Source of the DNA: Candidatus Harrisonbacteria bacterium
GTDB lineage: Bacteria > Patescibacteriota > Minisyncoccia > UBA6257 > 1-14-0-10-44-23
Direction: 5' to 3'
NCBI GenBank assembly: GCA_023255625.1
Contig: JAHFLF010000001.1
Location: forward strand, 290,965-354,964
Length of the DNA: 64,000 nucleotides
Made by a program: the position numbers and the translations under genes. Below are positions 17,961-29,355 of this stretch, piece by piece (position 1 is the first letter of the stretch; the number at the start of each line of letters is the position of its first letter). The notes below the pieces were generated by a model. The model did not search any database. It worked only from the letters and a program-made list of their open reading frames with translations, and had not been told where the DNA came from.

Positions 17961-18689
17961 ATGGACATTGAAACTGGTTTAAAAAATCTCGGCCTAAAAA
18001 AGTCAGAAATTGCGGTGTATCTATACCTTTTGCGCGCCGGCGCCTCTACGCCGCCGATGATTGCAAAGGGGACGGGAATAGCGCGCACCAACTGTTATCG
18101 CGTACTTACGGCGCTACACGAGAAGGAACTCATCCAAACACAGCCGCTACGCAAACGCCGGGCCTATTTTGTGCGCGACCCGGAGTCATTAGTTTCCGGA
18201 CTGGAGCGAAAAACAGAGTTTGCCCGTCAGATTGTGCCGGAGCTGCGGGATTTTTATACAACGCAAAAAAATAAACCGAAAATCCGCTTTTTTAGCGGCT
18301 GGGAGGAGGTCAAAGAGGTGTTTCGCCTAACACTTGAGGCCAAAAAATTGTTTGCGCTTGGATCAACTGAGACGCTAGCAAAGATTGACCGTAAATTTAT
18401 GGAGTGGCACTGGAACGAGATGCAAAAACGAAAAATTATCTTTGACGACATCCTAACGGCCGATGCAAAAGGGAAAACTGCAGAAGAAATCAAGAGCATC
18501 CGTGGCGCGCTCCAGACCGTCAGATTTCTGCCAGAACAATTCGGCGACCAACCCATGGACATCTTTATCTGGGACGACAATATCGCCTTTATGGCGCTTA
18601 GCGAGCCAATCTTCGCCACGCTCATCACCGACGCGCCGCTCGTCAAAGCAATCAAAATCATGCACCGGGCGCTGTGGGAAAAACTTTAG
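17961..18689 (+). CDS. TrmB-family HTH transcriptional regulator
   Basis: LGL...E..VYLYLL...IAK.TGI.RT..Y; KP.IRFF.G. Confidence 0.9.
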   Translation: MDIETGLKNLGLKKSEIAVYLYLLRAGASTPPMIAKGTGIARTNCYRVLTALHEKELIQTQPLRKRRAYFVRDPESLVSGLERKTEFARQIVPELRDFYTTQKNKPKIRFFSGWEEVKEVFRLTLEAKKLFALGSTETLAKIDRKFMEWHWNEMQKRKIIFDDILTADAKGKTAEEIKSIRGALQTVRFLPEQFGDQPMDIFIWDDNIAFMALSEPIFATLITDAPLVKAIKIMHRALWEKL

Positions 18690-18789
18690 GGGGCTTGCCA
18701 TTCGAAGCCTAACGTTGATTTACCGTAGAGTAGAGATAGCCCGTGCTTCGCTAAAGCTATGCAGGGCCATTCTCCGCCAAGGCGTAGAA

Positions 18790-18863
18790 TGGAGCGGGCG
18801 ACGGGAGTCGAACCCGTGGCTAGACCTTGGAAGGGTCTCGTATTACCGTTATACAACGCCCGC
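18790..18863 (-). tRNA. tRNA-Gly(UCC)
   Basis: Cloverleaf, encoded CCA. Confidence 0.95.
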
Positions 18864-19082
18864 GATAGAGCTAGTCTAACGAAAAATCAGCTTTGGGGCA
18901 ACTAAAAAGTCAGCCCCTAGGCCCGGTAGCATTTTTCGCTTTTTAAGCCATTCGCTTGCGATGAGCCCAGCAAAAAAAGTAAAAACTGCTACCGGACGCC
19001 TTGGGGTTGCAATTGCGGCTCACTTTCGCTACTATACCTCTACATAAATAAGGCATAATACTGCCTTATTTTTATTATAGAC

Positions 19083-19685
19083 ATGCTCAAAAATACCTCG
19101 CAAACAACCAAATGGGCTATCGGCAGTGCGGCTCTTGTCGTAGTTATCCTGCTCTATGTCCTCTGGGCAAACCCAAGCACCCCGCCAGCCGACTTTTTAG
19201 AGGCGCGGATTGCTGCTGTAGGTGCAGTGAACAACTTGGCGCAACTTGTCGATAACTCTCTGGCCAACTTAGAAAAAGTTGATACCTTCACCAAAAACGA
19301 AAATGATATCGAGGCACAAAATCTAATCGGTTTTGAATTCCAGCAACGCGCCGAAAAACAGAATGCGGCGCTCCGGCTGGCCCTACAGCTTGATCAGATG
19401 GCAAAAACCGCGCCGTCAATTAGATCATCTCGCGCTCGCACTTATGCAGTACAAAGTATTACGAGCGGCGTGGCCATGGTCTCCAGAATCATCAGCTACA
19501 ATAACAATCTCGACCAACTCTTTACGGCAATTCAGCAAAAAATCCAATACAAAAACCAGCCGAATCCAACCAATATCCGAGCTCTCTCTGCTAATCTTAA
19601 TGCCGACGCAAAAGCGATTAATGGATTGAGTAAGGAGTTTAATGACGCGCTCGCACAGTTTGATAAGGAGTACGGGATCAAGTAA
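19083..19685 (+). CDS. Membrane-anchored helical hypothetical protein
   Basis: N-terminal TM segment. Confidence 0.8.
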   Translation: MLKNTSQTTKWAIGSAALVVVILLYVLWANPSTPPADFLEARIAAVGAVNNLAQLVDNSLANLEKVDTFTKNENDIEAQNLIGFEFQQRAEKQNAALRLALQLDQMAKTAPSIRSSRARTYAVQSITSGVAMVSRIISYNNNLDQLFTAIQQKIQYKNQPNPTNIRALSANLNADAKAINGLSKEFNDALAQFDKEYGIK

Positions 19686-19768
19686 TAATAGTTGGTTGGT
19701 TAATTAGTTAGTTGGTTGCTTAGTATAAAGCAATAAAACGGGCTATTATTATATAGAGGATTCAAAAA

Positions 19769-19839
19769 CGGAGAGTAGTATAATGGTAGTATACTTGCTT
19801 TGGGAGCAAGAAGTCCGAGTTCGATTCTCGGCTCTCCGA
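19769..19839 (+). tRNA. tRNA-Pro(UGG)
   Basis: CGGAGAG/CTCTCCG stem; TT TGG GA loop. Confidence 0.95.
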
Positions 19840-19873
19840 CACTTCAACCTGCTCAGTGCAAGCCAACACTCAT

Positions 19874-20257
19874 ATGAAATGGACTCCGAACGGCTTTCTG
19901 AAAATCTGTGGCCCCCTGATCTTTCTTGTCGGCCTTGCTGGTCTTTTTGGTTTTATCGGGCCGAGCTGGCGAGTTACTGAAGCTGACAATCTACTCCATG
20001 CAATAACCGGCTTTGTCATGTTTATTGCCGGGCTCACGCTGCCCGCGGCAACGCAAAAAAGGGTTACTATACTTTTTGGTATCGTGACGCTTGGTGTCGC
20101 GCTGTATATCATCACTGGGGTGCTCTTTGCTGATATACCATTTACTGAACCAGCAAACCTTATTGTCCACGCAGTTATCGCAACCTGGGCTCTGGCAGTC
20201 GGGGCGAGAAGATCTTCTGGCCTTATTGCGCAGCAAGCGGAGACAAAGGTATTATAG
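19874..20257 (+). CDS. Small 4-TM protein (DUF4383-like)
   Basis: NLLHAITG and NLIVH repeats. Confidence 0.65.
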   Translation: MKWTPNGFLKICGPLIFLVGLAGLFGFIGPSWRVTEADNLLHAITGFVMFIAGLTLPAATQKRVTILFGIVTLGVALYIITGVLFADIPFTEPANLIVHAVIATWALAVGARRSSGLIAQQAETKVL

Positions 20258-20346
20258 TATTCATGCTCGCGTCCTCGTAGTTCAACTCCGACGCTCACAG
20301 TAGTAAGGTCGGAGCCCCGACCTACTGCGTCGGGGTGAATAGAATT

Positions 20347-20613
20347 ATGATCGGATATGTTTACATATTGCGAGCTGCCGATGACCGCTTGTATGTCGGC
20401 AGCACCAGCAATTTAGAATATCGTATGCGCCAACACATAGCTGGTCATACGCAAACAACTCGCAATATGAAAAAATTTGCGCTTGTTTTTAAGCAAGAGA
20501 CGGCTAATTTGAAAATAGCCCGTGCTGCTGAACGAAAGCTCAAAAAACTAAAACGCAAGGATTACCTAGAAAAAATCATCAAAGACGGCTATATTAAGAT
20601 ATTACCCCCATAG
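20347..20613 (+). CDS. Small GIY-YIG nuclease
   Basis: YVYIL...LYVGST..L..R..QH...E.KLK. Confidence 0.9.
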   Translation: MIGYVYILRAADDRLYVGSTSNLEYRMRQHIAGHTQTTRNMKKFALVFKQETANLKIARAAERKLKKLKRKDYLEKIIKDGYIKILPP

Positions 20614-20675
20614 TTCAATGGATAGAACAAAACTCTTCTAAGGTTTTGATGTAGGTTCGATTCCTACTGGGGGTA
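20604..20675 (+). tRNA. tRNA-Arg(UCU), intact
   Basis: Cloverleaf; CT TCT AA loop. Confidence 0.9.
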
Positions 20676-20868
20676 CAAAATGATAAGATTGGGTAGTTCA
20701 ACTCCGACGCTCACAGTAGTGAGGTCGGAGCCCCGACCTACTGCGTCTGGGTGGATAAGACAAGGGGTTTCTAACCCCTCAATCTAGGTTCGATTCCTAG
20801 CGGGGACACCATGGATAGTTAATCGGTTAGTCAGTTAGTTGGTTAGTTGGTAAAACGAAAAACTAATT

Positions 20869-21354
20869 ATGCAAAAAGGTGTTGATTTCATCGGCGTATC
20901 GGTTTCGTACTTTTGCCACGACGGCAAGGGGAATTATTTATTCCAAAAACGGGGATCCGGGGCTCGCGATGAGAACGGCAAGTGGGACTGTGGTGGCGGG
21001 GGATTGGAGTTCGGCCAAACAGTCGAGGAGTGCCTGAAGGCGGAAGTCAAAGAGGAATACTGCGCTGATATTTTGGATTCGGAATTCATTGGATACTACG
21101 AGGCATTTCGTACTATCAAAACACAAAATCCCTCACCGCAAGGCGGTCCCCTCCCTTTAGAAAAGGGAGAAGGAAAGCCAACGCACTGGATTGCTCTCCA
21201 CTTTAAAGTCTTGGTTGATCCAAAACAGGTCAAGAATGGAGAGCCGCACAAGTTTGACGAGATTAAATGGTTCCGACTTGATAATTTACCGCCAGCATCA
21301 GAACTTCACTCACAGCTGCCGGCGGAGATTGAGAGGTATAGGGGGAAATTGTGA
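20869..21354 (+). CDS. Nudix hydrolase with in-frame REP insertion
   Basis: GGGLEFGQTVEECLKAEVKEE Nudix box. Confidence 0.9.
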   Translation: MQKGVDFIGVSVSYFCHDGKGNYLFQKRGSGARDENGKWDCGGGGLEFGQTVEECLKAEVKEEYCADILDSEFIGYYEAFRTIKTQNPSPQGGPLPLEKGEGKPTHWIALHFKVLVDPKQVKNGEPHKFDEIKWFRLDNLPPASELHSQLPAEIERYRGKL

Positions 21355-21391
21355 ATTTGACCAAATCCTATCCATAAACTAGTATCAAGAT

Positions 21392-21530
21392 ATGATTCAG
21401 GAAAAGGCACAAAATTTTGTTTTCAACATGGTCCCGCCGGGCTCGCTCAAAGGGCGAGCTTTGCTTTTCTGAACTTCAGAACTTCATTCAGGAAATCAGC
21501 GCCCGCTCTTTGAGCGGGCGTTTTCGTTTT
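21392..21530 (+). promoter_or_regulatory. Attenuator-like leader similar to the trp leader
   Basis: Shares aagggcgNgctttg and cccgctcttNgagcgg terminator with 4600-4690. Confidence 0.6.
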
Positions 21531-21570
21531 GGTTCGCTAGAAAACCGAAACAACACAACGGAGGTGGTTT

Positions 21571-21732
21571 ATGTCGGCCTGGGAGATGCATTCGGCGGAG
21601 CGTCCGGACATGAAGTTCAAGTGGTGGGACGTGGTGACGACGCCCCTCGTGCTCGTCGTGTTCGCCATCCCGCTGACCTTCTGCTGGACGATGGAGGGAG
21701 TCAGGAGGATCCGGAAGCAGCCGGTGTCATAG
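21571..21732 (+). CDS. 53-aa single-TM protein MSAWEMHS...KWWDVV...
   Basis: Hand translation; GGAGGTG SD; hairpin terminator follows. Confidence 0.7.
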   Translation: MSAWEMHSAERPDMKFKWWDVVTTPLVLVVFAIPLTFCWTMEGVRRIRKQPVS

Positions 21733-21846
21733 ACCTGACAAGCAATGCAGCCGGGGAGTCGTCTTCCCCGGCTGCAGAAAACTCAATATTACACTAACAG
21801 ACGGCCGTTTCTTAGTGCAATATTCAATTAATTATCAATAATTTAT

Positions 21847-22182
21847 ATGAAACAAATTACCTGGGCGGATTTTGAGAAGGTGGAGCTGCGGGTCGGGACA
21901 ATTATGACGGTTGAGGATTTCCCTGAGGCAAAAATTCCTGCCTATAAAATCGCTGTTGATTTTGGTGAATTTGGCATAAAGAAATCCAGTGCCCGAATTA
22001 CCGTCCTTTATACGAAAGGGGAATTGGTGGGGAAGAAGGTGATCGGCGTGATTAATTTTCCCATCAAAAAGATTGGTCCGTTTGAGTCCGAGGTATTAAT
22101 CTGCGGATTTTACCGCGAAGACGGCTCGGTTGTGCTCGCCGTGCCAGACAAGGAGATTGGCAATGGAGCTCGAGTCTGTTGA
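21847..22182 (+). CDS. tRNA-binding protein (CsaA/Trbp111 family)
   Basis: DFEKVELRVGTI, KKSSA.IT, NFP.KKIGPF.SEVL. Confidence 0.92.
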   Translation: MKQITWADFEKVELRVGTIMTVEDFPEAKIPAYKIAVDFGEFGIKKSSARITVLYTKGELVGKKVIGVINFPIKKIGPFESEVLICGFYREDGSVVLAVPDKEIGNGARVC

Positions 22183-22447
22183 GCAGCCTATTTCGAGCCG
22201 CGTTGCCAGGTAGTTTCGCTCGTATGGCTATCTTTTGAGGAAAGGACAATATGCTTAAGCATAGGCCTTTACTCGAAAGTAGTTCAGACGACGAAACTAA
22301 CGGCAACCACTTCGGGATCTGACATATTTTTGCCATTTCATTGTCGAATCGTCCTCGAAGTAGCTGAAGCTACTCCTTGCGGCGATTCTTCGCGACCTGA
22401 CAAAAATATGTCTTGATCGCGGCCGGAAAAGGTTACTCAACAGACTC
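22180..22447. repeat. About 260-nt structured dispersed element, copy 1
   Basis: Colinear conserved blocks with 50614-50865. Confidence 0.75.
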
Positions 22448-22473
22448 TGGCTGGGGTAGATCTAGACCCCATC

Positions 22474-23898
22474 TTAAACTTCCTTTCGTCGAATCAAAAT
22501 ACAAAACAAAGTGCTTATCGCCACTATCAGTAGCGATGACCCGACAATCCAAATTGGCCTATCGGCAATATTCGAATAGACGAATAGTGGAATGCCCACG
22601 ACAAAAGATGTCAGTACGCCCCAAAAAACGCCGCGTTCACCCAAATTTTTCCAGTACAGGCTCAAAATTGTCGGCACCATGACGCACGCCGCGATAGTAT
22701 TAAATATCCACCATAGCTGCTTCAGTCCAAAACCGGGAATATATACTGCTGCCAAAGATATTAAGAGCCCTGCTATCGTCATACCGACCATAGATTGTCT
22801 GGCCACCCGCACAGCTTCTATATCATTTTTTGGTTTTGCGATATCAGTGACCCAGAGTGAGCTCGCGGCAGATAATCCCGCGTCTAAAGCTGAAGATAGG
22901 CCCGCCAAAAGCATAATGACAAATAGAGACACTGCCCAGAGCGGCAGAAGTTGTGCAACAGCCTGCACCCCGATCATGGACACATCAATTCCTTGAGGTA
23001 GAACGATATGAAGTGCGGGATTCGCCGCAAGAAATCCAAGCGTGGACAAACCAATAGGTACGATACCAAAGAGAATTGAACCGAAAACAAATGCCTTAAT
23101 GACTTTGCCTTCTTTGATTGCGAATGCTCGTTGCCAATTTGATTGGTCTGAAATAGAACCTGCGATAAGTCCGATTGCGGTAACAATGCCGAAGGAGAAG
23201 GCGACCCCCGGATCAAAAATATTCCCTATATTCGCTATGCCGTGAAAGCCGGCAGCAATGGCTTGAAACCCTCCTGCGGCATGCCACGCAAGCGGAAATA
23301 TGACGGCACCAATCACATAGATCAATCCTAATTGCACAAAGTCAGTAATAATGGATGCTTGGAAACCGGAGATCAAGGTATAGATCAAAACAATGGCGGC
23401 GAGCAAAGGCATAATAATGGTTAGAGGTATACCCGTAAGCAAGGCCAATAAGCTACCGCCGGCAAAAAGCTGAACTACCACTGCCATCAGCTGATAAAAA
23501 AGATATGGAAAAAGAAAAACTTTGTGCACCCGCTCGCTTCCCAAACGGTACTTAATGTACTGTGTAAATGTGTAACCTGCCGGCAACTTTGCCCGGATTC
23601 GCGGAGCCAAAACCGCAAAGATGGCTAGGGCGAGAATATTCGGCAGAGTAAACCAGAAGATGCCCGCCAATCCGTTTTGATATGCAACCTGTACTGACAC
23701 AAAAAGAGCTGGTGCCCAGATCCAAGAGGAGGCGATACTGAACCCTCCTAATACCCAACCTACCTCACGATTAGCAAGCAGGAAACCCTCTTTGCTCTGC
23801 CAGCCTTGTTTCCGCGAGAAAAAATATGTGAAAAGGGTGATTCCTACGCCAAAAATCGCGAGAAACCAATATCCGGTGCTTTGTGATACGAAGCTCAT
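22474..23898 (-). CDS. Sodium:solute symporter family (urea/DUR3-like)
   Basis: SIASSWIWAPAL, ASIITDFVQ, WQRAFA, many TMs. Confidence 0.9.
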   Translation of the reverse strand: MSFVSQSTGYWFLAIFGVGITLFTYFFSRKQGWQSKEGFLLANREVGWVLGGFSIASSWIWAPALFVSVQVAYQNGLAGIFWFTLPNILALAIFAVLAPRIRAKLPAGYTFTQYIKYRLGSERVHKVFLFPYLFYQLMAVVVQLFAGGSLLALLTGIPLTIIMPLLAAIVLIYTLISGFQASIITDFVQLGLIYVIGAVIFPLAWHAAGGFQAIAAGFHGIANIGNIFDPGVAFSFGIVTAIGLIAGSISDQSNWQRAFAIKEGKVIKAFVFGSILFGIVPIGLSTLGFLAANPALHIVLPQGIDVSMIGVQAVAQLLPLWAVSLFVIMLLAGLSSALDAGLSAASSLWVTDIAKPKNDIEAVRVARQSMVGMTIAGLLISLAAVYIPGFGLKQLWWIFNTIAACVMVPTILSLYWKNLGERGVFWGVLTSFVVGIPLFVYSNIADRPIWIVGSSLLIVAISTLFCILIRRKEV

Positions 23899-23986
23899 AT
23901 AAATTAAAATAAAGTTAGTAAACTTGACCTTTGCCTGAACATACATGATAATGAGTGAGTGGCAAATACCACCACTCAATAGATAT

Positions 23987-24730
23987 ATGTACCAAGAAAT
24001 TCTTGAAGAATTAGGTCTATCGCAAAATGAAGCGAAGATCTACGAAGGCCTGATTGAAATCGGCCAGGCTTCGGTACCGGAAATATCCCTGAAAATAGGA
24101 GTTCATAAGCGTAATGTGTACGACATTATCCCCAAACTTTTAAAACGCGGCCTGATATATCAGATTGCGGATAGCAAGGAAAATACCTATGCTCCGGTCG
24201 CGCCGAATAAACTCTCTGACCTAGTTTGGGAAAAAGAAACAAAACTCAATAGCATTCTTCCAGGGCTCAATAGACAATTTAAAAAAGCCGCAACAGAAGA
24301 AGCGGTGTACATCTATAAAGGTGTTGAGGGATTTAAAAATTATCTTCGCGACATCTTAGCCACAGGGGAAGACGTCTTTTTTATAGGAGCTAAAGGAGGA
24401 TGGTTTGACGCTGACTTGCAAATTTTCATTAAAAAATTCTTAAAGCAAGCTCGCGAAAAAAAAATTAAATATCACCATATTTTTGATGCTGAAGTGAAAA
24501 CGCTGGCTCCCGACCTATTAAAAGCATTGGGGCAGCCATATCGTTTTTTACCGCCGGAATATTCCACAACCGGCGCTATCGATATCTTCGGAGACCATAT
24601 TGTAACCTTCTCTGGGCTAACGTTAAAAAATATTACGGAAGATGCAACTCTGGTCGTGATACAGAATAAAGAATTGGCGGATTGCTACCGAACCTGGTTC
24701 CGGTTTATTTGGGACCATTGCAGAAAATAA
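23987..24730 (+). CDS. TrmB-family regulator
   Basis: LGLSQNEAKIY; divergent from symporter; palindrome 23953-23977. Confidence 0.9.
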   Translation: MYQEILEELGLSQNEAKIYEGLIEIGQASVPEISLKIGVHKRNVYDIIPKLLKRGLIYQIADSKENTYAPVAPNKLSDLVWEKETKLNSILPGLNRQFKKAATEEAVYIYKGVEGFKNYLRDILATGEDVFFIGAKGGWFDADLQIFIKKFLKQAREKKIKYHHIFDAEVKTLAPDLLKALGQPYRFLPPEYSTTGAIDIFGDHIVTFSGLTLKNITEDATLVVIQNKELADCYRTWFRFIWDHCRK

Positions 24731-24767
24731 AACAATAAATGATGTGACTGGGCGAGAAGCGAAGATT

Positions 24768-26210
24768 CTACCCAATCATTCTATTCTTGAGATGCAGGGT
24801 GCGCGTGATAGCGATTTTGTCTAGAAAATATCTATCATGCGAGACAACCAGGAGTGCGCCACCATATTCGCGGAGCGCCTCTTCGATCACTTCACGCGCT
24901 TGTAGATCAAGATGATTGGTTGGCTCGTCCAGCACGAGCAGTTCATTTTCTTGATGAGTAATCTTGGCAAAAATCAGCCTGACCCGCTCGCCGAAGCTCA
25001 AGATTGCGACCTTCTTAAACACTTCCTGCCCGCTCAAGAGGAAGGCGCCAAGAATAGCGCGTGGACTTTTTGACGCACAGTTCAGTCGGTCGGTGCTTAA
25101 AAATTCCTCTAAAACCGTCTTATTAGGGTCAAGGATTTCCTGCTGCTGTGAAAAATAGCCGATTCGTACCTTTTCGCCAACAGTAACCTCGCCTTTGTCC
25201 GGGGCAAGCTCGCCGGTAATAATTTTGAGCAGCGTTGTCTTGCCTGAACCGTTTTCTCCGGCGAGCAAAACTCGTTCTTTGCCACGCAGCTCAAAGGTAA
25301 TATCCCAGAGCACAGAAACTGGCTTCCGGGTGAGTACCCCGGAATGACAAGCGGGGCGAGATCCCTCGGCTTCGGGATGACGGGGAGGGGATACGGGGGT
25401 GTTGCCGAAAGACTTTTTGATTCCCGAAAGCCGCAATATAAGTTTTGATTCAGCGGTCTGCCCATGCAATTCTAACGCTCTCATCTTCTTTTGACTGCCT
25501 GGCCTCACAAGTTCTTGATCATAAATTTCGCGCTGAAGGCGCTTTTCCATCGCTTGAATCATCTTTCCTTTGGCAGGGTCGCCGTGGAGAGTTGCCTCCT
25601 GGCGTTTGAGCGTAAGCCACAGCTCCATACGCCGCTTCTCGCGCTGCTGCCGCTCGTAGGCCTCCTGCTGCTGGGCTAGCGCTAGCCCTTTCTGGGCAAC
25701 ATACTCCGTGTAGCCACCTTGATACGCCACAAAAGCGTGATTAACAGGATCAATTTCCAGAATAGTGTCCACGACTGTATCCAGCAGTCTGCGGTCATGC
25801 GAGACGAGCAGCACACCGCCTTTGAATTTTGTTAAGAAGTCTTCAAGCCACTCTACCCCCTGCGCATCAAGATGATTGGTCGGCTCGTCAAGCAAGAGAA
25901 GCGTTGGTTTAGTGAGGAACAATTGCGAAAGCGCCAATCGTGTTTTTTGACCGCCGCTTAACTGACTGACGAGCGCATCGCCGGGCTGGAAGGGAAGTCC
26001 CTGTGGCAGATACCCAATTCGCTCCTGCTGGATGTCTACCGCGCCGCCGTCAGGTTCAATTTCGCCCAGAAGTATTTTAAGCAGAGTAGATTTTCCGGAG
26101 CCGTTCGGACCAATCAACCCAATTTTGTCGCCCTTATGGATAACAAACGACACCTGTTCAAAGAGCGGTTCGCCGAGAATATGCTTTGTAAGATTTTTGA
26201 TAGTAATCAT
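24768..26210 (-). CDS. ABC-F family ATPase with in-frame REP insertion
   Basis: Two ABC domains (GPNGSGKST, LSGGQ, LDEPTNHLD), no TM. Confidence 0.92.
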   Translation of the reverse strand: MITIKNLTKHILGEPLFEQVSFVIHKGDKIGLIGPNGSGKSTLLKILLGEIEPDGGAVDIQQERIGYLPQGLPFQPGDALVSQLSGGQKTRLALSQLFLTKPTLLLLDEPTNHLDAQGVEWLEDFLTKFKGGVLLVSHDRRLLDTVVDTILEIDPVNHAFVAYQGGYTEYVAQKGLALAQQQEAYERQQREKRRMELWLTLKRQEATLHGDPAKGKMIQAMEKRLQREIYDQELVRPGSQKKMRALELHGQTAESKLILRLSGIKKSFGNTPVSPPRHPEAEGSRPACHSGVLTRKPVSVLWDITFELRGKERVLLAGENGSGKTTLLKIITGELAPDKGEVTVGEKVRIGYFSQQQEILDPNKTVLEEFLSTDRLNCASKSPRAILGAFLLSGQEVFKKVAILSFGERVRLIFAKITHQENELLVLDEPTNHLDLQAREVIEEALREYGGALLVVSHDRYFLDKIAITRTLHLKNRMIG

Positions 26211-26235
26211 AGTTTTGTTTAAATTTGTTCAAAAT

Positions 26236-26379
26236 TAATACACCCCAACGCGCGTGCATTGGGGTGTATCGGAATTCTTGTTCTAATTACTATATTTCCG
26301 AAATTTTTCCCAATGCAAAATAAGCCTGGGCGATTGCTCCCTTAAAATTTTCCGGACAAATGTAGGCGGGGGATGTCAT
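26236..26379 (-). promoter_or_regulatory. Leader peptide (26290-26379) and terminator/antiterminator upstream of ABC-F
   Basis: uORF MTSPAYICPENF...; tgcattggg in uORF complementary to terminator arm cccaatgca. Confidence 0.7.
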
Positions 26380-26516
26380 AAATAACGATTTTGACTATAG
26401 CAGAGGGGGATGAAATAGGCAAAAATGCGTAGAAGATTGGCACTGGGACTAAATTGTGTTGTGTTTGCATTTAGAAATTAAAGTGATAAACTGAGCTAAA
26501 TTAAAGTTTAAAAAAT

Positions 26517-26888
26517 ATGAATCATGAACGAGGTGAGTCGGTTCAGTTTGTCGTCAAAGAAATAACCGACCTAGATGCGGAAAGCGTGCGCGAAGAATTC
26601 AGAGTGAAAGGTGTTGACCTAGGGGTTGAAGCAATAATGCAAGCAGTCGAAATTGACAAATTTATTAGCAAGATGAGGGAGGGCCAAGGGGGGCGTAAAT
26701 ATCTCGTTGCCTGGGTGGGCGAAAGATCGCCACGAGGCCTCACAGTTGAGGGCAAAACCATAGGTTGGACGCAACACGGCACGATCAGAAGTGTAGATAA
26801 TGAAGAGATTGGAACGTATGATAGACTCATTGACGAACGGAGTCCCAATGGACACAAAGAAGCTATGGTAATCTACATGAACGAGTAA
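26517..26888 (+). CDS. Hypothetical protein
   Basis: ORF with promoter-like upstream and terminator. Confidence 0.7.
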   Translation: MNHERGESVQFVVKEITDLDAESVREEFRVKGVDLGVEAIMQAVEIDKFISKMREGQGGRKYLVAWVGERSPRGLTVEGKTIGWTQHGTIRSVDNEEIGTYDRLIDERSPNGHKEAMVIYMNE

Positions 26889-26899
26889 GCGCAACACAC

Positions 26900-26923
26900 A
26901 AAAACCGCCGAAAGGCGGTTTTT
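26900..26923. terminator. Bidirectional intrinsic terminator
   Basis: aaaaaccgcc-gaaa-ggcggttttt. Confidence 0.85.
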
Positions 26924-27273
26924 GGTTGAAATGACAATAAATGATTGGAATAAGTGAGAAGCGCAGATTTTGATGCAGTTCTAGGCGCGGGAGGGCGGTT
27001 TGTGAGCCGTACTTTTATATAAGTACGGTGAGCAAACCGACGGGACCCGCAACAACGAACTGCTCAAAATATGCATTTCTCACACACAATAACTCTGTAG
27101 TTGCCCCAAATTACGATTCCGGTTCTTGCGATTCCTCCGAAGGAGGATCCGCCTATGGCGGAAAAGTGTCGTGACTTAGAGCTCCACGACCAACACTCTT
27201 TTTCTATCAATCCAGTATATAAATATACTGAAGTGTCGCTTTTTCCTAATCTCCATTTACAGAGAAAGAAAAA

Positions 27274-29184
<1,911 letters not shown>

Positions 29185-29355
29185 AAGTAATTTGAAATTC
29201 ATCTAGCCGAAGCCAGATGAATAACAAACACTCTTGTTTTGGGACAACTACACAATTATTGTTGCATACTTTATATCTGCTTGAAGGATATAAAGATTTT
29301 GATTTCCTAATCATTCATTTATCTTTATAGTTTTTAGTATCTTTCGATACAAACA

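Larger units (their letters stand above)
20277..20757 (+). mobile_element. GIY-YIG plus tRNA cassette bounded by 65-bp direct repeats (20277-20341, 20693-20757)
   Basis: Repeats differ at 3 positions; each holds a 50-nt double hairpin. Confidence 0.7.
20271..20811 (+). pseudogene. tRNA-Arg(UCU) split in the D loop: 5' part 20271-20285, 3' part 20752-20811
   Basis: GTCCTCG pairs with CGGGGAC-A-CCA; separated by a repeat-flanked cassette. Confidence 0.75.
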
